64,000 nucleotides of DNA from Bordetella parapertussis (lineage in GTDB: Bacteria; Pseudomonadota; Gammaproteobacteria; Burkholderiales; SG8-41), in assembly GCA_945861275.1 (NCBI GenBank), contig CAMATZ010000017.1:9753-73752 (forward strand). Direction: 5' to 3'. The notes beneath the pieces were generated by a model. That model ran no database searches, was not told where the DNA came from, and was given only the letters and a program-made list of their open reading frames with translations. A program made the translations under genes and the position numbers. Shown here piece after piece: positions 1 through 10,344 of this stretch. Within the stretch, counting starts at the first letter, position 1, and each line of letters starts with the position of its first letter.

Positions 1-686
1 ATCTTGTGGTCGGCCAGGCGGTTCGCAAGCAGAAAAACTATGACACGCTCACCGCCTTTGCGCCGATCTCGCTCGTGGTTCGTACGCCGCAGGTGTTTGT
101 GGTTAGCGATAAGTCGCCGCTGCGGTCGCTAAAAGACCTCATCGCAGCTGCAAAGGCAAATCCCGGCGCATTGACGTTTGCATCGGCGGGTACGGCGGGC
201 AGCAGCCACGTGCTCGGGGCTTTCTTTAATGGCGCAATGGGCATCAATACCGTGCATGTGCCGTATAAAGGCGGCGGGCCAGGCATGCTCGATTTATATG
301 CCGGACGCGTGTCCTACATGATCACGTCCATGGTCTCGGCGTTAACGTATGCGAGGGATGGACGAGCGAGACTGCTGGCCGTAACCGGCGTAAAACGATC
401 ACATTTATTTCCCGACGTTCCGACGGTCGCAGAATCCGGTATGCCCGGGTTCGAGACGATCCTTTGGCATGGTCTGCTTGCACCGGCCAAGGTGCCGAGG
501 GAAGTGGTCACACGCCTGAATCGAGAGATCGTAAAAGTGTTGGCAATGCCCGACGTGCAGAAGAATCTTCAGTTCGAAGGCGGAATGGTATCGCCCAGTA
601 CTCCGGAGGAGTTCGCCGCTTTTCTGCGCGCCGATGTTGTGCGGTGGGAGAAGATGATCAAACAAACGGGCATCACCATCGACTGA
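1..686 (+). CDS. Bug/TctC-family tripartite tricarboxylate transporter substrate-binding protein (C-terminal part; 5' end outside window)
   Basis: ORF runs off the 5' window edge. Translation carries the conserved Bug-family C-terminal motifs seen in the other paralogs here (HVPYKGGGP, FPDVPT.AESG.PGFE). Confidence 0.7.
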   Translation, partial: LVVGQAVRKQKNYDTLTAFAPISLVVRTPQVFVVSDKSPLRSLKDLIAAAKANPGALTFASAGTAGSSHVLGAFFNGAMGINTVHVPYKGGGPGMLDLYAGRVSYMITSMVSALTYARDGRARLLAVTGVKRSHLFPDVPTVAESGMPGFETILWHGLLAPAKVPREVVTRLNREIVKVLAMPDVQKNLQFEGGMVSPSTPEEFAAFLRADVVRWEKMIKQTGITID

Positions 687-1037
687 CTGTTGCCGCACGA
701 ACCGGATGGTCCGTCGTGCGCGAATCCAGGCAAGCTGACGATAGCACGACATTTCGCAGCGGGCTACCCGCATAGCAATGGGGCCACGCGCAGGGCGTAA
801 AGTGCTCAGTATCGTAGGTCAGAACGCGCAGCGGTTCCGACACCCTCTTGACGAGGCCACCATCCAATGCCGTGTTGAGAGAGATACCGAGTGTGCGCAC
901 CATGCCGCTAGCAGGCGGCCCTGTACTGATGCAGATCAAGTCCTGCGGAGGCCGCCGCAACTTGATATGGATCAAACAGTTCCGCGGCTATAGGCGTAGT
1001 CTAAGTGTGCGGTAATAACCCATCAAGGAGATATACC

Positions 1038-1505
1038 ATGTTACGAACCCTGATTGTGAGTTGCGCCCTGTTTGCGGTTTCAACTGCGGGCATTGCCGCC
1101 GATGTGACTTACCGCAAGGATATTCGTCCGTTATGGGTAAAACAGTGTTCGGATTGCCATGGCGCGGATGCCCCCTACTTCGGTGAATTCGACGAAAACA
1201 AGAAAAAATTCGAAGCCAAACGCCAGGGACCGCGCATGGACACCTATGCCGATCTTATTTTTTTCGTTGGCTGGCCCGACACCGGCGCGCTCATGCGCAG
1301 GCTCGATGACGGGAAAACCATTGACGGAAAACCGGGCAACATGTACCGATACCTGGGCGACACCGAGGAAGAGCGCCAAAAAAATCTGAATCTGTACAAG
1401 GATTGGATAGGCATGGATGCCTGGAAACATAACCGCTGGGAGGCGCGCGGCAAGGTGCCGGCGATTACCAAGGAAGACCTGGACAAAATCAAGGTGAAAT
1501 ACTAG
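1038..1505 (+). CDS. secreted c-type cytochrome-like protein (single CXXCH motif)
   Basis: AAGGAG RBS lies 6 nt upstream of the ATG at 1038. N-terminal signal peptide MLRTLIVSCALFAVSTAGIAA. CSDCH heme-binding motif present. Confidence 0.5.
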   Translation: MLRTLIVSCALFAVSTAGIAADVTYRKDIRPLWVKQCSDCHGADAPYFGEFDENKKKFEAKRQGPRMDTYADLIFFVGWPDTGALMRRLDDGKTIDGKPGNMYRYLGDTEEERQKNLNLYKDWIGMDAWKHNRWEARGKVPAITKEDLDKIKVKY

Positions 1506-1506
1506 G

Positions 1507-1535
1507 CGGGTAGTATCTGTGTGATACCCGTTTTA
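1507..1535 (+). terminator. rho-independent terminator-like hairpin (6-bp stem CGGGTA/TACCCG followed by TTTT)
   Basis: Stem-loop immediately after the stop of the 1038-1505 CDS, followed by a T-run. Confidence 0.4.
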
Positions 1536-1708
1536 CAGCGTGCGGCACCAATAAGTCTTGAGCAAGCCGCATTGTAACCGGCGGAAACAGGCGCACAAAA
1601 TTACAAGGTTGCGGTGATTGAAGAACCGGCGGTGATCGAACACATTGTTACGCACGCATAAGTTCCCTGGCGATCAGATGCCGGTCGGTGCGCGCGAATA
1701 TAGCCATT

Positions 1709-2314
1709 TCAATCCCTCTTTTCATCCAACAGTGACGTCTCCTGCGACGGACGAATTGTCAGCCGCGTGAACGGCAGCATGCGTTTGAACACGTTGTCGC
1801 GGTCCCAGAAATGGTGCTTCAGCGCCGCGCCGACATGGATGATCAATAGCAGAATCAACGCATTGCCCATCACTACATGCGTGTCATGCAATAAATTGGT
1901 CAGGGTTTTGCTCAGCAGCGGAAAATGCGGCACTTCAAACAGGCCGAACCAGAGCGTCGGAATGCCGTCGCGGTCCGTCGATACCCGCAGCCATCCGCTA
2001 AGCGGCAGACCAAGCATAAGTGCATAGAACAGGAAATGACTCGCATGCGCTGCCCGGCGTTCCCACGCCGGCATCGCACCCGGCAATCGCGGCACGGGAT
2101 GCATCAGTCGCCACACGATGCGGAAAACGGTCAGCAGCAGCACTATCAAGCCGAACGACTTGTGCAGCTGATAGAGCGCTAACTTGTCCGGGTTGCTCTC
2201 TGGCAGGTCGTGCATGTATTTGCCGACAATGAGCAAGCCAACGATCGCGACGGCGATCAGCCAGTGCAATGTCATGGCGATGGCGCCGTATCGAGTGGCG
2301 GAGATTTCCGTCAC
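1709..2314 (-). CDS. cytochrome b561 family protein
   Basis: 201 aa, four predicted TM helices, conserved His residues (HWLIAV..., ...HH). AGGAGA RBS upstream of a GTG start. Confidence 0.7.
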   Translation of the reverse strand: MTEISATRYGAIAMTLHWLIAVAIVGLLIVGKYMHDLPESNPDKLALYQLHKSFGLIVLLLTVFRIVWRLMHPVPRLPGAMPAWERRAAHASHFLFYALMLGLPLSGWLRVSTDRDGIPTLWFGLFEVPHFPLLSKTLTNLLHDTHVVMGNALILLLIIHVGAALKHHFWDRDNVFKRMLPFTRLTIRPSQETSLLDEKRD

Positions 2315-2671
2315 GCAAGTCTCCTAATTGTGGCTCAAAATGGAAGCGCTTCGTGCGGGCGCTCATGCTACGCTATTGTGCGCATAATTGCCGAACGCCG
2401 CTACCTGTCGTACTGGGGAAGCAACGAGGCCTGCGGCGAATTGTGCGCGGTTGACCGTTTGCGGTACGGCGGGTAGATTGCCTGTTCGTGTCAAGTGGTG
2501 TTTGAAATCCTCATTCCCAAGGCGATTCCATTGGCCCAGCCGTCCAGCGCCCGCCGTTTCGCGAGGACCACGTCGGCAGCCTACTCACCGTGGACGGCTG
2601 GCGGCGCAAGCTCGCGCCTGATGTCGCGCTGGCTGTGTGGAGAAGTGCATAGAAGCATACGGGGGATCTTC

Positions 2672-3661
2672 ATGACGATTAATTGTTGGCGTAGCTCTGC
2701 ACTCGCGGTATCGGCCGCAGGCGCACTTTGGCTCACGGCTGTCATTCCGGCGCATGGCCAGGAGTATCCGGCCAAGCCGGTGCGCATCATCGTGCCGCTT
2801 GCCCCCGGCGGGATGGCCGACCTGCTGTCGCGCGCGCTCGCGCAGAAGATGCCTGCTGCGACCCGGCAGCCGCTGATTGTGGAAAACCGCACCGGCGGCG
2901 GGGGAGTGATCGGGGCCGAGGTTGCCGCTAGGTCGCCGCCCGATGGCTATACGCTGTTCGCCGGATTCCACGCCACCAACGCGATACTCCCGCACCTCGT
3001 CGCCAAATTGCCGTACGACGCGGTAAAGGATTTCAGCCCGATCATCCTGATGGCGGCTGTGCCGAACGTGCTGGTGGTGCATCCCTCCGTCCCGGCGCAG
3101 TCGGTGAAGGCGTTGATCGCGCTCGCCAAGTCGAGGCGGGGCGAGTTAACGTATGCCTCGCAGGGCGTCGGCAGCTCGGGCCATATCGCCGGCGAATTGT
3201 TCAAGCTGATCGCCAAGGCCGACATCGTGCATGTGCCCTACAAGGGCGCCGCGCCGGCGCTTCAGGACCTGATGGGCGGCCACGTCATGATGATGTTCGA
3301 CATCATGACATTCGCGCTGCCCAACATGCGCTCCGGCCGGGTGCGCGCGCTTGCGGTCGCAACAGCCGAGCGGGTTCCGGTCGCGCCCGATCTGCCGACG
3401 ATGGCGGAAGCCGGTTTGCCGGGCATAGAAGGCGGCGCGTGGTTTGCGCTGTTCGCGCCGGCGGCAACGCCGCGCCCGATCATAGACTGGTGGAACCGGG
3501 AGGCGCGCCGCGCGTTTTCCGAGCCCGATGTGCGCGAGCGGTTCGTATCGCAAGGCGCAGTGTTGCCGTTGGGCACGCCAGAGGCGCTGGGCGCCCACGT
3601 CGCTGCGGAAACTCAGCGCTGGGGCCAAGTCATCCGCAGCGCCGGCATCAAGCTCGAGTAA
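2672..3661 (+). CDS. Bug/TctC-family substrate-binding protein
   Basis: ATG at 2672 begins a signal peptide, then YPAKPVRIIVP...GG..D. Conserved YKGAAPA and PDLPT.AEAG.PG motifs. Confidence 0.75.
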   Translation: MTINCWRSSALAVSAAGALWLTAVIPAHGQEYPAKPVRIIVPLAPGGMADLLSRALAQKMPAATRQPLIVENRTGGGGVIGAEVAARSPPDGYTLFAGFHATNAILPHLVAKLPYDAVKDFSPIILMAAVPNVLVVHPSVPAQSVKALIALAKSRRGELTYASQGVGSSGHIAGELFKLIAKADIVHVPYKGAAPALQDLMGGHVMMMFDIMTFALPNMRSGRVRALAVATAERVPVAPDLPTMAEAGLPGIEGGAWFALFAPAATPRPIIDWWNREARRAFSEPDVRERFVSQGAVLPLGTPEALGAHVAAETQRWGQVIRSAGIKLE

Positions 3662-3674
3662 GCAAAAAGCGCGC

Positions 3675-4853
3675 ATGCGTACTCAGGTCGGCATCGTCGG
3701 CGCCGGGCCAGCCGGGTTGTTGCTCTCGCATCTGCTGCACTTGCAGGGTGTCGAATCGGTCGTCATCGAAAGCCGCAGCCGCGACTACATCGAGCAGCGC
3801 GTGCGAGCGGGCGTGCTTGAGCAGGGCACGGTGGACCTGCTGACGCAGTCGGGCGTCGGCGAGAGGCTGCGGCGGGAGTGCATTGTCCGCGACAGCATCG
3901 AGCTGCGGTTCGGCGGCAGACGCCATCCCCTCAACCTGAGGGAACTCTCGGGTGGGCGCCCCTACACCATCTACGCCCAGCAGGAGATTGTGAAGGACCT
4001 GGTCGAGGCGCGCCTTGCGGCGGATGGCCAGATTCTGTTCGAGGCTGCTGGTGTCAGCGTGCATGACTTCGATACGGCCTCGCCCCGCATCCGCTTCCAA
4101 AGGAACGGTGAGGCGGTGGAGCTTGCTTGTGATTTTATCGCCGGCTGCGACGGTTTTCACGGCGTCTGCCGTCCGTCGATACCGGCGGGTGCGCTGAGCG
4201 TGTTCGAGCGCGTCTACCCCTTCGGCTGGCTCGGTATCCTGGTGCAAGCCGCGACCCCCGAACAGGAGACGGTCTACGCCTGGCACGAGCGCGGTTTCGG
4301 TTTTTTTAACCGGCGCTCGCCGGCACTCACGCGGCATTTCCTGCAGGTCGCTCCGGACGAAGACATTGCGAACTGGCCGGACGAACGCATCTGGCGGGAA
4401 TTGCGGGTTAGGCTCGCGACCGACGACGGATGGGAACTCGTCGAAGGCCCGGTGCTGTCGAAAAACATCACGGAGATGCGCAGCTTCGTTGTCGAGCCGA
4501 TGCGCTACGGCAGGCTCTACCTCGCCGGCGACGCCGCGCACATCGTGCCGCCTACCGGCGCCAAGGGACTCAATCTTGCAGTGGCTGATGTGCGGGTGCT
4601 GGCCCCGGCGCTGGCGGCATACTTCGCCTCGGGACGCAGCGAACTCCTCGACGCCTATTCCGCGACCTGCCTGAAACGTGTGTGGCGGGTGGAGCATTTC
4701 TCGTGGTGGATGACCTCCATGCTGCACCGCTTTCCGGAGGACGATGTGTTCCAGCAGCGGCTCCAGCGCTCGCAGCTTGAATACGTCATAACCTCGCGGG
4801 CCGCCGCCACGACCCTCGCGGAGAACTACGTCGGGCTGCCCTGGAGTGCATGA
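3675..4853 (+). CDS. pobA: 4-hydroxybenzoate 3-monooxygenase (PobA-like FAD monooxygenase)
   Basis: MRTQVGIVGAGPAGLLL Rossmann motif. ~392 aa. Colinear with known PobA throughout (IAGCDGFHG, FVVEPM.YGRL.LAGDAAHIVPPTGAKGLN, HFSWWMTS.LHRFP). Confidence 0.8.
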   Translation: MRTQVGIVGAGPAGLLLSHLLHLQGVESVVIESRSRDYIEQRVRAGVLEQGTVDLLTQSGVGERLRRECIVRDSIELRFGGRRHPLNLRELSGGRPYTIYAQQEIVKDLVEARLAADGQILFEAAGVSVHDFDTASPRIRFQRNGEAVELACDFIAGCDGFHGVCRPSIPAGALSVFERVYPFGWLGILVQAATPEQETVYAWHERGFGFFNRRSPALTRHFLQVAPDEDIANWPDERIWRELRVRLATDDGWELVEGPVLSKNITEMRSFVVEPMRYGRLYLAGDAAHIVPPTGAKGLNLAVADVRVLAPALAAYFASGRSELLDAYSATCLKRVWRVEHFSWWMTSMLHRFPEDDVFQQRLQRSQLEYVITSRAAATTLAENYVGLPWSA

Positions 4854-6044
4854 TTAGCGCACGATCAACGACGAGTCAGGTAAGCCGACATAATTCTCCG
4901 CCAGGCTGGTGGCCGCCGCGCGCGAGTTGACGACGTATTCCAGCTGCGAGCGCTGCAGGCGTTGCTGGAAACCATCATCGCCCGGGAAACGGTGCAGCAT
5001 GGAAGTCATCCACCATGAAAAATGCTGCGCCCGCCACACGCGCTTCAGGCAGGTCGCGGAATAGCTGTCGAGCAAGTCGCTGCGCCCAGAACTGAAGAAT
5101 TCCGCGAGCGCCTGGGCGAGCACTCGCACGTCTGCGACGGCAAGGTTGAGTCCTTTGGCGCCGGTCGCCGGAACAATGTGGGCTGCGTCACCGGCAAGAA
5201 AGAGCCTGCCATAACACATCGGTTCCACCACATAACTGCGCATGCCGGTGATGCCCTTCTCGATCACCGGTCCCTGGTTGAGCTTACCCTCGGCCCCGAA
5301 CCGCGTATGCAATTCCTGCCAGATCCGCTCGTCGGGCCAGTTCGCGATGTCTTCTGCGGGAGGCACTTGGATATACAGCCGGGCAATGTTGGGCGAACGC
5401 ATGCTGAACAGGGCGAAGCCGCGTTCGTGGTAGGCGTAAATCAATTCATCGGACGGCGGCGGCGCCTGCACCAGGATGCCGAGCCAGGCCAGCGGGTAGT
5501 GACGCTCGTAAACTTTGATCCGGTCCTCGGGAATCGACCCCCGGCATACCCCGTGATAACCATCGCAGCCGGCAATCACCTCGCACTGCAGTTCGAGCGC
5601 TTCGCCATCCTTGCGGCAATGGATTAGCGGCGTAGTCGAATCGAGGCCGTGTACGCTCACGTCCTCGACCTCGAAAAGAATTTGGCCACCCGCGGCAAGT
5701 CGCGCCTGAATGAGATCCTTGATGACTTCCTGTTGGCCGTATACCGTAATCGCGCGCCCGCCGGTGAGCCCGCTCAGGTTGATGCGGTGAGCGCGTCCCG
5801 CGAAGCGCAGCTCGATGCCATGGTGGATCAGTCCCTCCCGTTGCATCCGCTCACCGACACCCGATGCCGATAACAGATCCGCCGTGCCTTGCTCGAGCAC
5901 ACCCGCCCGCACCCGCTGTTCGACGTAGTCGCGGCTGCGGTTCTCCAGTACCACTGACTCGATTCCTTGCCGGTGCAGCAGGTGCGAGAGCAGCAGACCT
6001 GCCGGTCCGGCGCCGACGATTCCAACCTGAGTGCGCATGTGCAT
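4854..6044 (-). CDS. 4-hydroxybenzoate 3-monooxygenase paralog (PobA-like), convergent with the upstream copy
   Basis: About 70% amino-acid identity to the 3675-4853 product with the same motifs. Its stop codon abuts the stop of the plus-strand copy. Confidence 0.8.
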   Translation of the reverse strand: MHMRTQVGIVGAGPAGLLLSHLLHRQGIESVVLENRSRDYVEQRVRAGVLEQGTADLLSASGVGERMQREGLIHHGIELRFAGRAHRINLSGLTGGRAITVYGQQEVIKDLIQARLAAGGQILFEVEDVSVHGLDSTTPLIHCRKDGEALELQCEVIAGCDGYHGVCRGSIPEDRIKVYERHYPLAWLGILVQAPPPSDELIYAYHERGFALFSMRSPNIARLYIQVPPAEDIANWPDERIWQELHTRFGAEGKLNQGPVIEKGITGMRSYVVEPMCYGRLFLAGDAAHIVPATGAKGLNLAVADVRVLAQALAEFFSSGRSDLLDSYSATCLKRVWRAQHFSWWMTSMLHRFPGDDGFQQRLQRSQLEYVVNSRAAATSLAENYVGLPDSSLIVR

Positions 6045-6101
6045 ATTTAGCTATAGGATCAGAGTATGGTAACGTGATAAAAATTTGATGGGAGTCCAAC
6101 C

Positions 6102-7136
6102 GTGAAACTCAAATACACAATTTTCGTCCTGCTCTTTGTAGTCACCTCTGGATTGGCAGGTGTCGCGCGATCGCAGGAGGTGACGCTCAAGATACACCAC
6201 TTCCTTCCGCCGCTATCCACCGTGCACGCCAAATTCATCGTGCCCTGGTGCGAGAAGATCGGCAAAGAATCCGGCGGCAGGCTCGCGTGCCAGATTTATC
6301 CTTCGATGCAACTTGGCGGCGCGCCGCCGCAGCTCTACAGCCAGGCGCAGGATGGCGTCGCCGATATCGTCTGGACCCTGCCCGGCTACACCGCGGGCCG
6401 CTTCCCCCTGATCGAGGCGTTCGAGTTGCCGTTCACGATGACCAACGCCGAGGCCACCTCGCGCGCGCTGTGGCTTTACGTGCAACAGCACGCCAAGGGC
6501 GAATTCAAGGACGTGCATCCGCTGGCTTTCCACGTTCACGGGCCGGGCTACATCCACATGCGTGAGAAGCAGATACGCACGCTTGCCGACATGAAGGGCG
6601 TCAAGGTACGCGCGCCAACCCGGCTTACCAACAAGCTGATCGGTGCGATGGGCGCCACGCCCGTGGGCATGCCGGTGCCGCAGGTACCGGAGGCGCTCAG
6701 CAGGGGCGTGATTGACGGCGCGGTGATTCCGTGGGAAGTAGTGCCAGCGGTAAAGGTGGAAGAACTGACCAAATTCCATACCGAAACCGACGCCAAATTT
6801 CTCGCGCTGTACACCTCGACTTTCATTTTCGCGATGAATCCCGCCAAGTACAAGTCTCTGCCGCCAGACCTGAAAAAAGTAATCGATCAGAATTCGGGCG
6901 CGGAACTATCGGCGTGGATCGGCAAGGTATTTCAGGAAGCGGACGTGCCTGGCCGCAAGCTCGCGGAGGCTCGCGGTAACCAGTTCTACACTGTCCCGGC
7001 TGCCGAGCTGGAAAACTGGCGCAAGGTGGCACAGCCGATTACGGACGAGTGGATCAAGGATATGGGCGCCAAGGGCCACGACGGCAAGGCGTTGATCGAG
7101 TCCGCGCGCGGGCTGATCCAGAGGTATACGAAATAG
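6102..7136 (+). CDS. dctP: TRAP transporter substrate-binding protein (DctP family)
   Basis: Signal peptide. Typical DctP-family sequence. Followed by small and large TRAP permease genes. Confidence 0.8.
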   Translation: MKLKYTIFVLLFVVTSGLAGVARSQEVTLKIHHFLPPLSTVHAKFIVPWCEKIGKESGGRLACQIYPSMQLGGAPPQLYSQAQDGVADIVWTLPGYTAGRFPLIEAFELPFTMTNAEATSRALWLYVQQHAKGEFKDVHPLAFHVHGPGYIHMREKQIRTLADMKGVKVRAPTRLTNKLIGAMGATPVGMPVPQVPEALSRGVIDGAVIPWEVVPAVKVEELTKFHTETDAKFLALYTSTFIFAMNPAKYKSLPPDLKKVIDQNSGAELSAWIGKVFQEADVPGRKLAEARGNQFYTVPAAELENWRKVAQPITDEWIKDMGAKGHDGKALIESARGLIQRYTK

Positions 7137-7169
7137 CGCTACGCCCAAGCCGTCGGCTTTACGTCGCAG

Positions 7170-7673
7170 ATGCCTGAAGAGTTGCACGCGCAGACGGCAG
7201 GTACGTTCGGCCGCGCGCTCGGCGCGGCGTGCAAGCTCCTTGCGCTTCTCGGGGGCAGCGTGCTGTCCGCGCTGGTGTTGATGTCGGTGGCTTCTATCGG
7301 CGGGCGCATGATGGGCAGGCCGATCCAGGGCGACTTCGAACTGGTGCAGTTCGGCTGCGCGGTGGCGATCGCTTTTTTTCTGCCTTATAGCCAGCTCAAT
7401 CAAGGCAATATCATCGTGGATTTCTTCACCCTGCGCGCGCGACCGCGGACGCGTTGTGTGCTCGATGCGCTCGGCGCCGTGCTGCTCGCCGTGGTCATGG
7501 CGCTGGTGGCCTGGCGCACGGGCGCGGGCGCAGTGGCGATGAAGGCGGGCGGCGAGACATCGATGATCATGGGTGTGCCGCTGTGGTATGCCTACGCGCT
7601 GATGACGCCAGCCTTCGCGCTCACCGCGATAGCCGGCCTCTACAGCGCCTGCCGCACCTGGAATGCCGCATGA
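7170..7673 (+). CDS. dctQ: TRAP transporter small permease (DctQ family)
   Basis: 167 aa, four TM segments. Sits between dctP and dctM. Stop overlaps the dctM start (ATGA). Confidence 0.7.
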   Translation: MPEELHAQTAGTFGRALGAACKLLALLGGSVLSALVLMSVASIGGRMMGRPIQGDFELVQFGCAVAIAFFLPYSQLNQGNIIVDFFTLRARPRTRCVLDALGAVLLAVVMALVAWRTGAGAVAMKAGGETSMIMGVPLWYAYALMTPAFALTAIAGLYSACRTWNAA

Positions 7674-8995
7674 GCGCCCTGACCGTCGGCATTGCACTAT
7701 TCGCAGGGATGCTGATACTGATGGCGTTGCGCGTGCCGATCGCGATCGCCATGTTCATCGCGGGCGCAATCGGTTATGCGGTGCAGGCAAGCCCGGATGC
7801 GCTGCTCAACCATCTTAAGGGCTTGGCCTATGCGCGCCTGTCGGTCCACGACTTGTCGGTGATCCCGCTGTTCCTGTTGATGGGCCAGTTCGCCACGCAG
7901 GGCGGCCTGTCGAAAGCGCTGTTCGGCTTGGCGAATGCACTGATCGGCCACCTTCGCGGCGGGATGGCGATGGCGGCGATACTCGCCTGTGCCGTTTTCG
8001 GCTCGATCTGCGGCTCCTCGGTTGCGACGGCGGCTACCGTGACGCAGGTCGCGTTGCCCGAAATGCGCCGGCACGGCTACTCCGGCCGGCTGGCCACCGC
8101 AACGCTAGCCGCCGGCGGCACACTCGGCATCCTGATCCCGCCGTCAGTGGTGCTGGTGGTTTACTGCATCCTCACCGAGCAGAACATTGCAAAGCTGTTC
8201 GCCGCCGCATTCATACCCGGCTTAATCGCAGCGGCGCTGTACCTCGCCGCAATCGCGATCTACGTAAAGTTATATCCGGATCACGGGCCCGCCACCGAGC
8301 GCCATAGCCGTGCCGAGCTGCTCGCCGCTTTGCGCGGCGTGTGGCCGGTCATGGCCATCTTTTTGTTGATGTTCGGCGGCATTTACGGCGGATGGTTCAC
8401 GCCGACCGAAGGCGCTGCGGTGGGCGCTGCGAGCACGCTGGTCGTCGCGCTCGCCATGCGCGAGCTCGATACCGCAGGCCTGATGCGCTGCTTCTACGGC
8501 ACTGCCGTGACCACCGGCATGATCTTCATGATTTTTCTCGGCGCCGACATGCTCAACTCGGCGCTCGCGCTGTCGCAGATGCCGGCGCAATTCGCCAAGG
8601 CCGTCGCTGCCAGCAACCTGCCTCCGCTCGCAGTAGTGCTCGGCATACTCGCGTTCTATATCCTGCTCGGTTGTGTGATGGACGAACTGGCGATGATACT
8701 GCTGACCATACCCATCCTTTTTCCCGCAGTGATGGGTCTGGACCTGTACGGGCTGGGCGCCACGCACAAGGCGATCTGGTTCGGCATCCTGGTGTTGTGC
8801 GTGGTCGAAGTCGGGCTGATCGCGCCGCCGGTTGGACTCAATGTCTACGTCGTGAACAGCTACGCGCGCGACGTGCCGATGGCTGAGACCTATCGCGGTG
8901 TGATTCCATTTCTTGCCGCTGACGCCGTGCGCATCACGCTGCTCATTACCTTCCCGGCGCTGAGCCTGTGGCTGGTCGGTGTGCTGGTACCTTGA
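7670..8995 (+). CDS. dctM: TRAP transporter large permease (DctM family)
   Basis: ATG at 7670 overlaps the dctQ stop. ~441 aa polytopic membrane protein with DctM-family motifs. Confidence 0.8.
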   Translation: MSALTVGIALFAGMLILMALRVPIAIAMFIAGAIGYAVQASPDALLNHLKGLAYARLSVHDLSVIPLFLLMGQFATQGGLSKALFGLANALIGHLRGGMAMAAILACAVFGSICGSSVATAATVTQVALPEMRRHGYSGRLATATLAAGGTLGILIPPSVVLVVYCILTEQNIAKLFAAAFIPGLIAAALYLAAIAIYVKLYPDHGPATERHSRAELLAALRGVWPVMAIFLLMFGGIYGGWFTPTEGAAVGAASTLVVALAMRELDTAGLMRCFYGTAVTTGMIFMIFLGADMLNSALALSQMPAQFAKAVAASNLPPLAVVLGILAFYILLGCVMDELAMILLTIPILFPAVMGLDLYGLGATHKAIWFGILVLCVVEVGLIAPPVGLNVYVVNSYARDVPMAETYRGVIPFLAADAVRITLLITFPALSLWLVGVLVP

Positions 8996-9007
8996 GTCAG
9001 ACGCTAA

Positions 9008-9150
9008 TGAGCCGCTGCGCAATGCTTCGCGGATCAAGATGTTGAGGAAAACAGCGGCGCTAGGCGAAAATTCACGCGATTGACTGCGCGCCTGTCGCGG
9101 GATAGATTGCCGGTTGACGAAAAATGATGTTAGAAAACCCTATACCCACA
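9008..9150 (+). repeat. ~140-bp intergenic repeat, copy A. Carries a 7-bp inverted repeat GCCGCTG..CAGCGGC and a sigma70-like promoter TTGACT-N16-GATAGATT
   Basis: More than 90% identical to 13876-14016. A partial third copy lies at 16716-16770. Confidence 0.6.
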
Positions 9151-9208
9151 AGCAGGAATATTACTCCGACCCCCAAGGGCCTTTGTCATTTTGTCAGGGA
9201 CTACTAGG

Positions 9209-10222
9209 ATGAAAACTTCGTCTCAGAATGCAGCCGGGTTGGATTTTGCCTCGCGGTTAATCAGTGCGCTCGTGAGCGCAGTACTCATCGCGCTGCTTAC
9301 GCACGGTAGCGCAGCGCTGAGTCAGGCGTATCCGTCCAAACCGGTACGCATCCTCTCAGGACAGCCACCGGGTGGTGCGACCGATCTGTTTGCGCGCATG
9401 GTCTCGCAAAAACTGAACGAAGTCTGGAAACAACCTGTGATCATCGAGCATCGTTCCGGCGCATCGGGCTCGATCGCCGTGGAGCTGACCGTCAAATCGC
9501 CGCCAGACGGTCACACTCTGGTGTTCGCCACCTCGGGACAGATCGTGATCAACCAGCATCTCCTGAAACTTAACTATGACCCGATCGCCGATCTTGCGCC
9601 GGTGGCGTTTCTCGTACACACCTGCATGCTGCTGGTGACTCACCCTTCGGTTCCCGCCAAATCCGCCAGGGAGCTGATCGCGCTGGCAAAAGCTCAGCCC
9701 GGCAAGCTCAACTTCGGTTCGGGCGGTAACGGCGCAATCACGCACCTTGCCGCCGAGCTGTTCATGTCGCTCACCGGCACACGCATGACGCACATTCCGT
9801 TCAAGGGCGCGGGCCCGAGCATGGTGGCACTGATGTCAGGAGACATCGATTTCACGTTTGGTTCGGTACCTGCCACACTGAGCCAGGCCAAGGCCGGACG
9901 AGTGCGCGCCTTGGGGGTATCGACAACGAAGCGAACGCAGGCCTGGCCTGATCTCCCGACGCTATCTGAAACCGGCGTGCCCGGTTACGATATGACCAGC
10001 TGGTACGCCTTCTTCGGTCCATCCACGCTGCCGAAGGACACGGTCGCCCGTATTCATGCCGATATCGGGCGCATTGCCGCGCAACCGGAGTTTCAGGAGC
10101 GCCTGTTGAATGAGGGTGCGGACCACGAGGCGATGACGCACGAACGCTTTGCCCAATTCATCCGTACCGAATCCGCACGCTGGGCGAAAGTCATACGCGA
10201 GCGCAATATCCGCGCGGAGTGA
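9209..10222 (+). CDS. Bug/TctC-family substrate-binding protein
   Basis: Signal peptide, then YPSKPVRI, GG.TD, FKGAGPS and PDLPTLSETG.PGY motifs. An alternative start exists at 9191. Confidence 0.75.
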   Translation: MKTSSQNAAGLDFASRLISALVSAVLIALLTHGSAALSQAYPSKPVRILSGQPPGGATDLFARMVSQKLNEVWKQPVIIEHRSGASGSIAVELTVKSPPDGHTLVFATSGQIVINQHLLKLNYDPIADLAPVAFLVHTCMLLVTHPSVPAKSARELIALAKAQPGKLNFGSGGNGAITHLAAELFMSLTGTRMTHIPFKGAGPSMVALMSGDIDFTFGSVPATLSQAKAGRVRALGVSTTKRTQAWPDLPTLSETGVPGYDMTSWYAFFGPSTLPKDTVARIHADIGRIAAQPEFQERLLNEGADHEAMTHERFAQFIRTESARWAKVIRERNIRAE

Positions 10223-10344
10223 CGACGCGCTGATGCTTGTCATCAAAACCAGGCGGAAATACCAGCCGCAGCATGTTACGCTCCAGCGCAGCAATGCCTA
10301 TTATCAAGTAATTGATATAACCAACACATTCCTGGAGGACTGAC

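Noticed and set aside
3648-4727. 359-aa minus-strand ORF
   Set aside because: Antisense to pobA, with no domain content. A high-GC frame artefact. The same reasoning rejects 3146-3676 minus, 10543-11379 minus, 47191-48363 minus, 54132-55406 minus, 51220-52140 minus and 58729-59655 minus.
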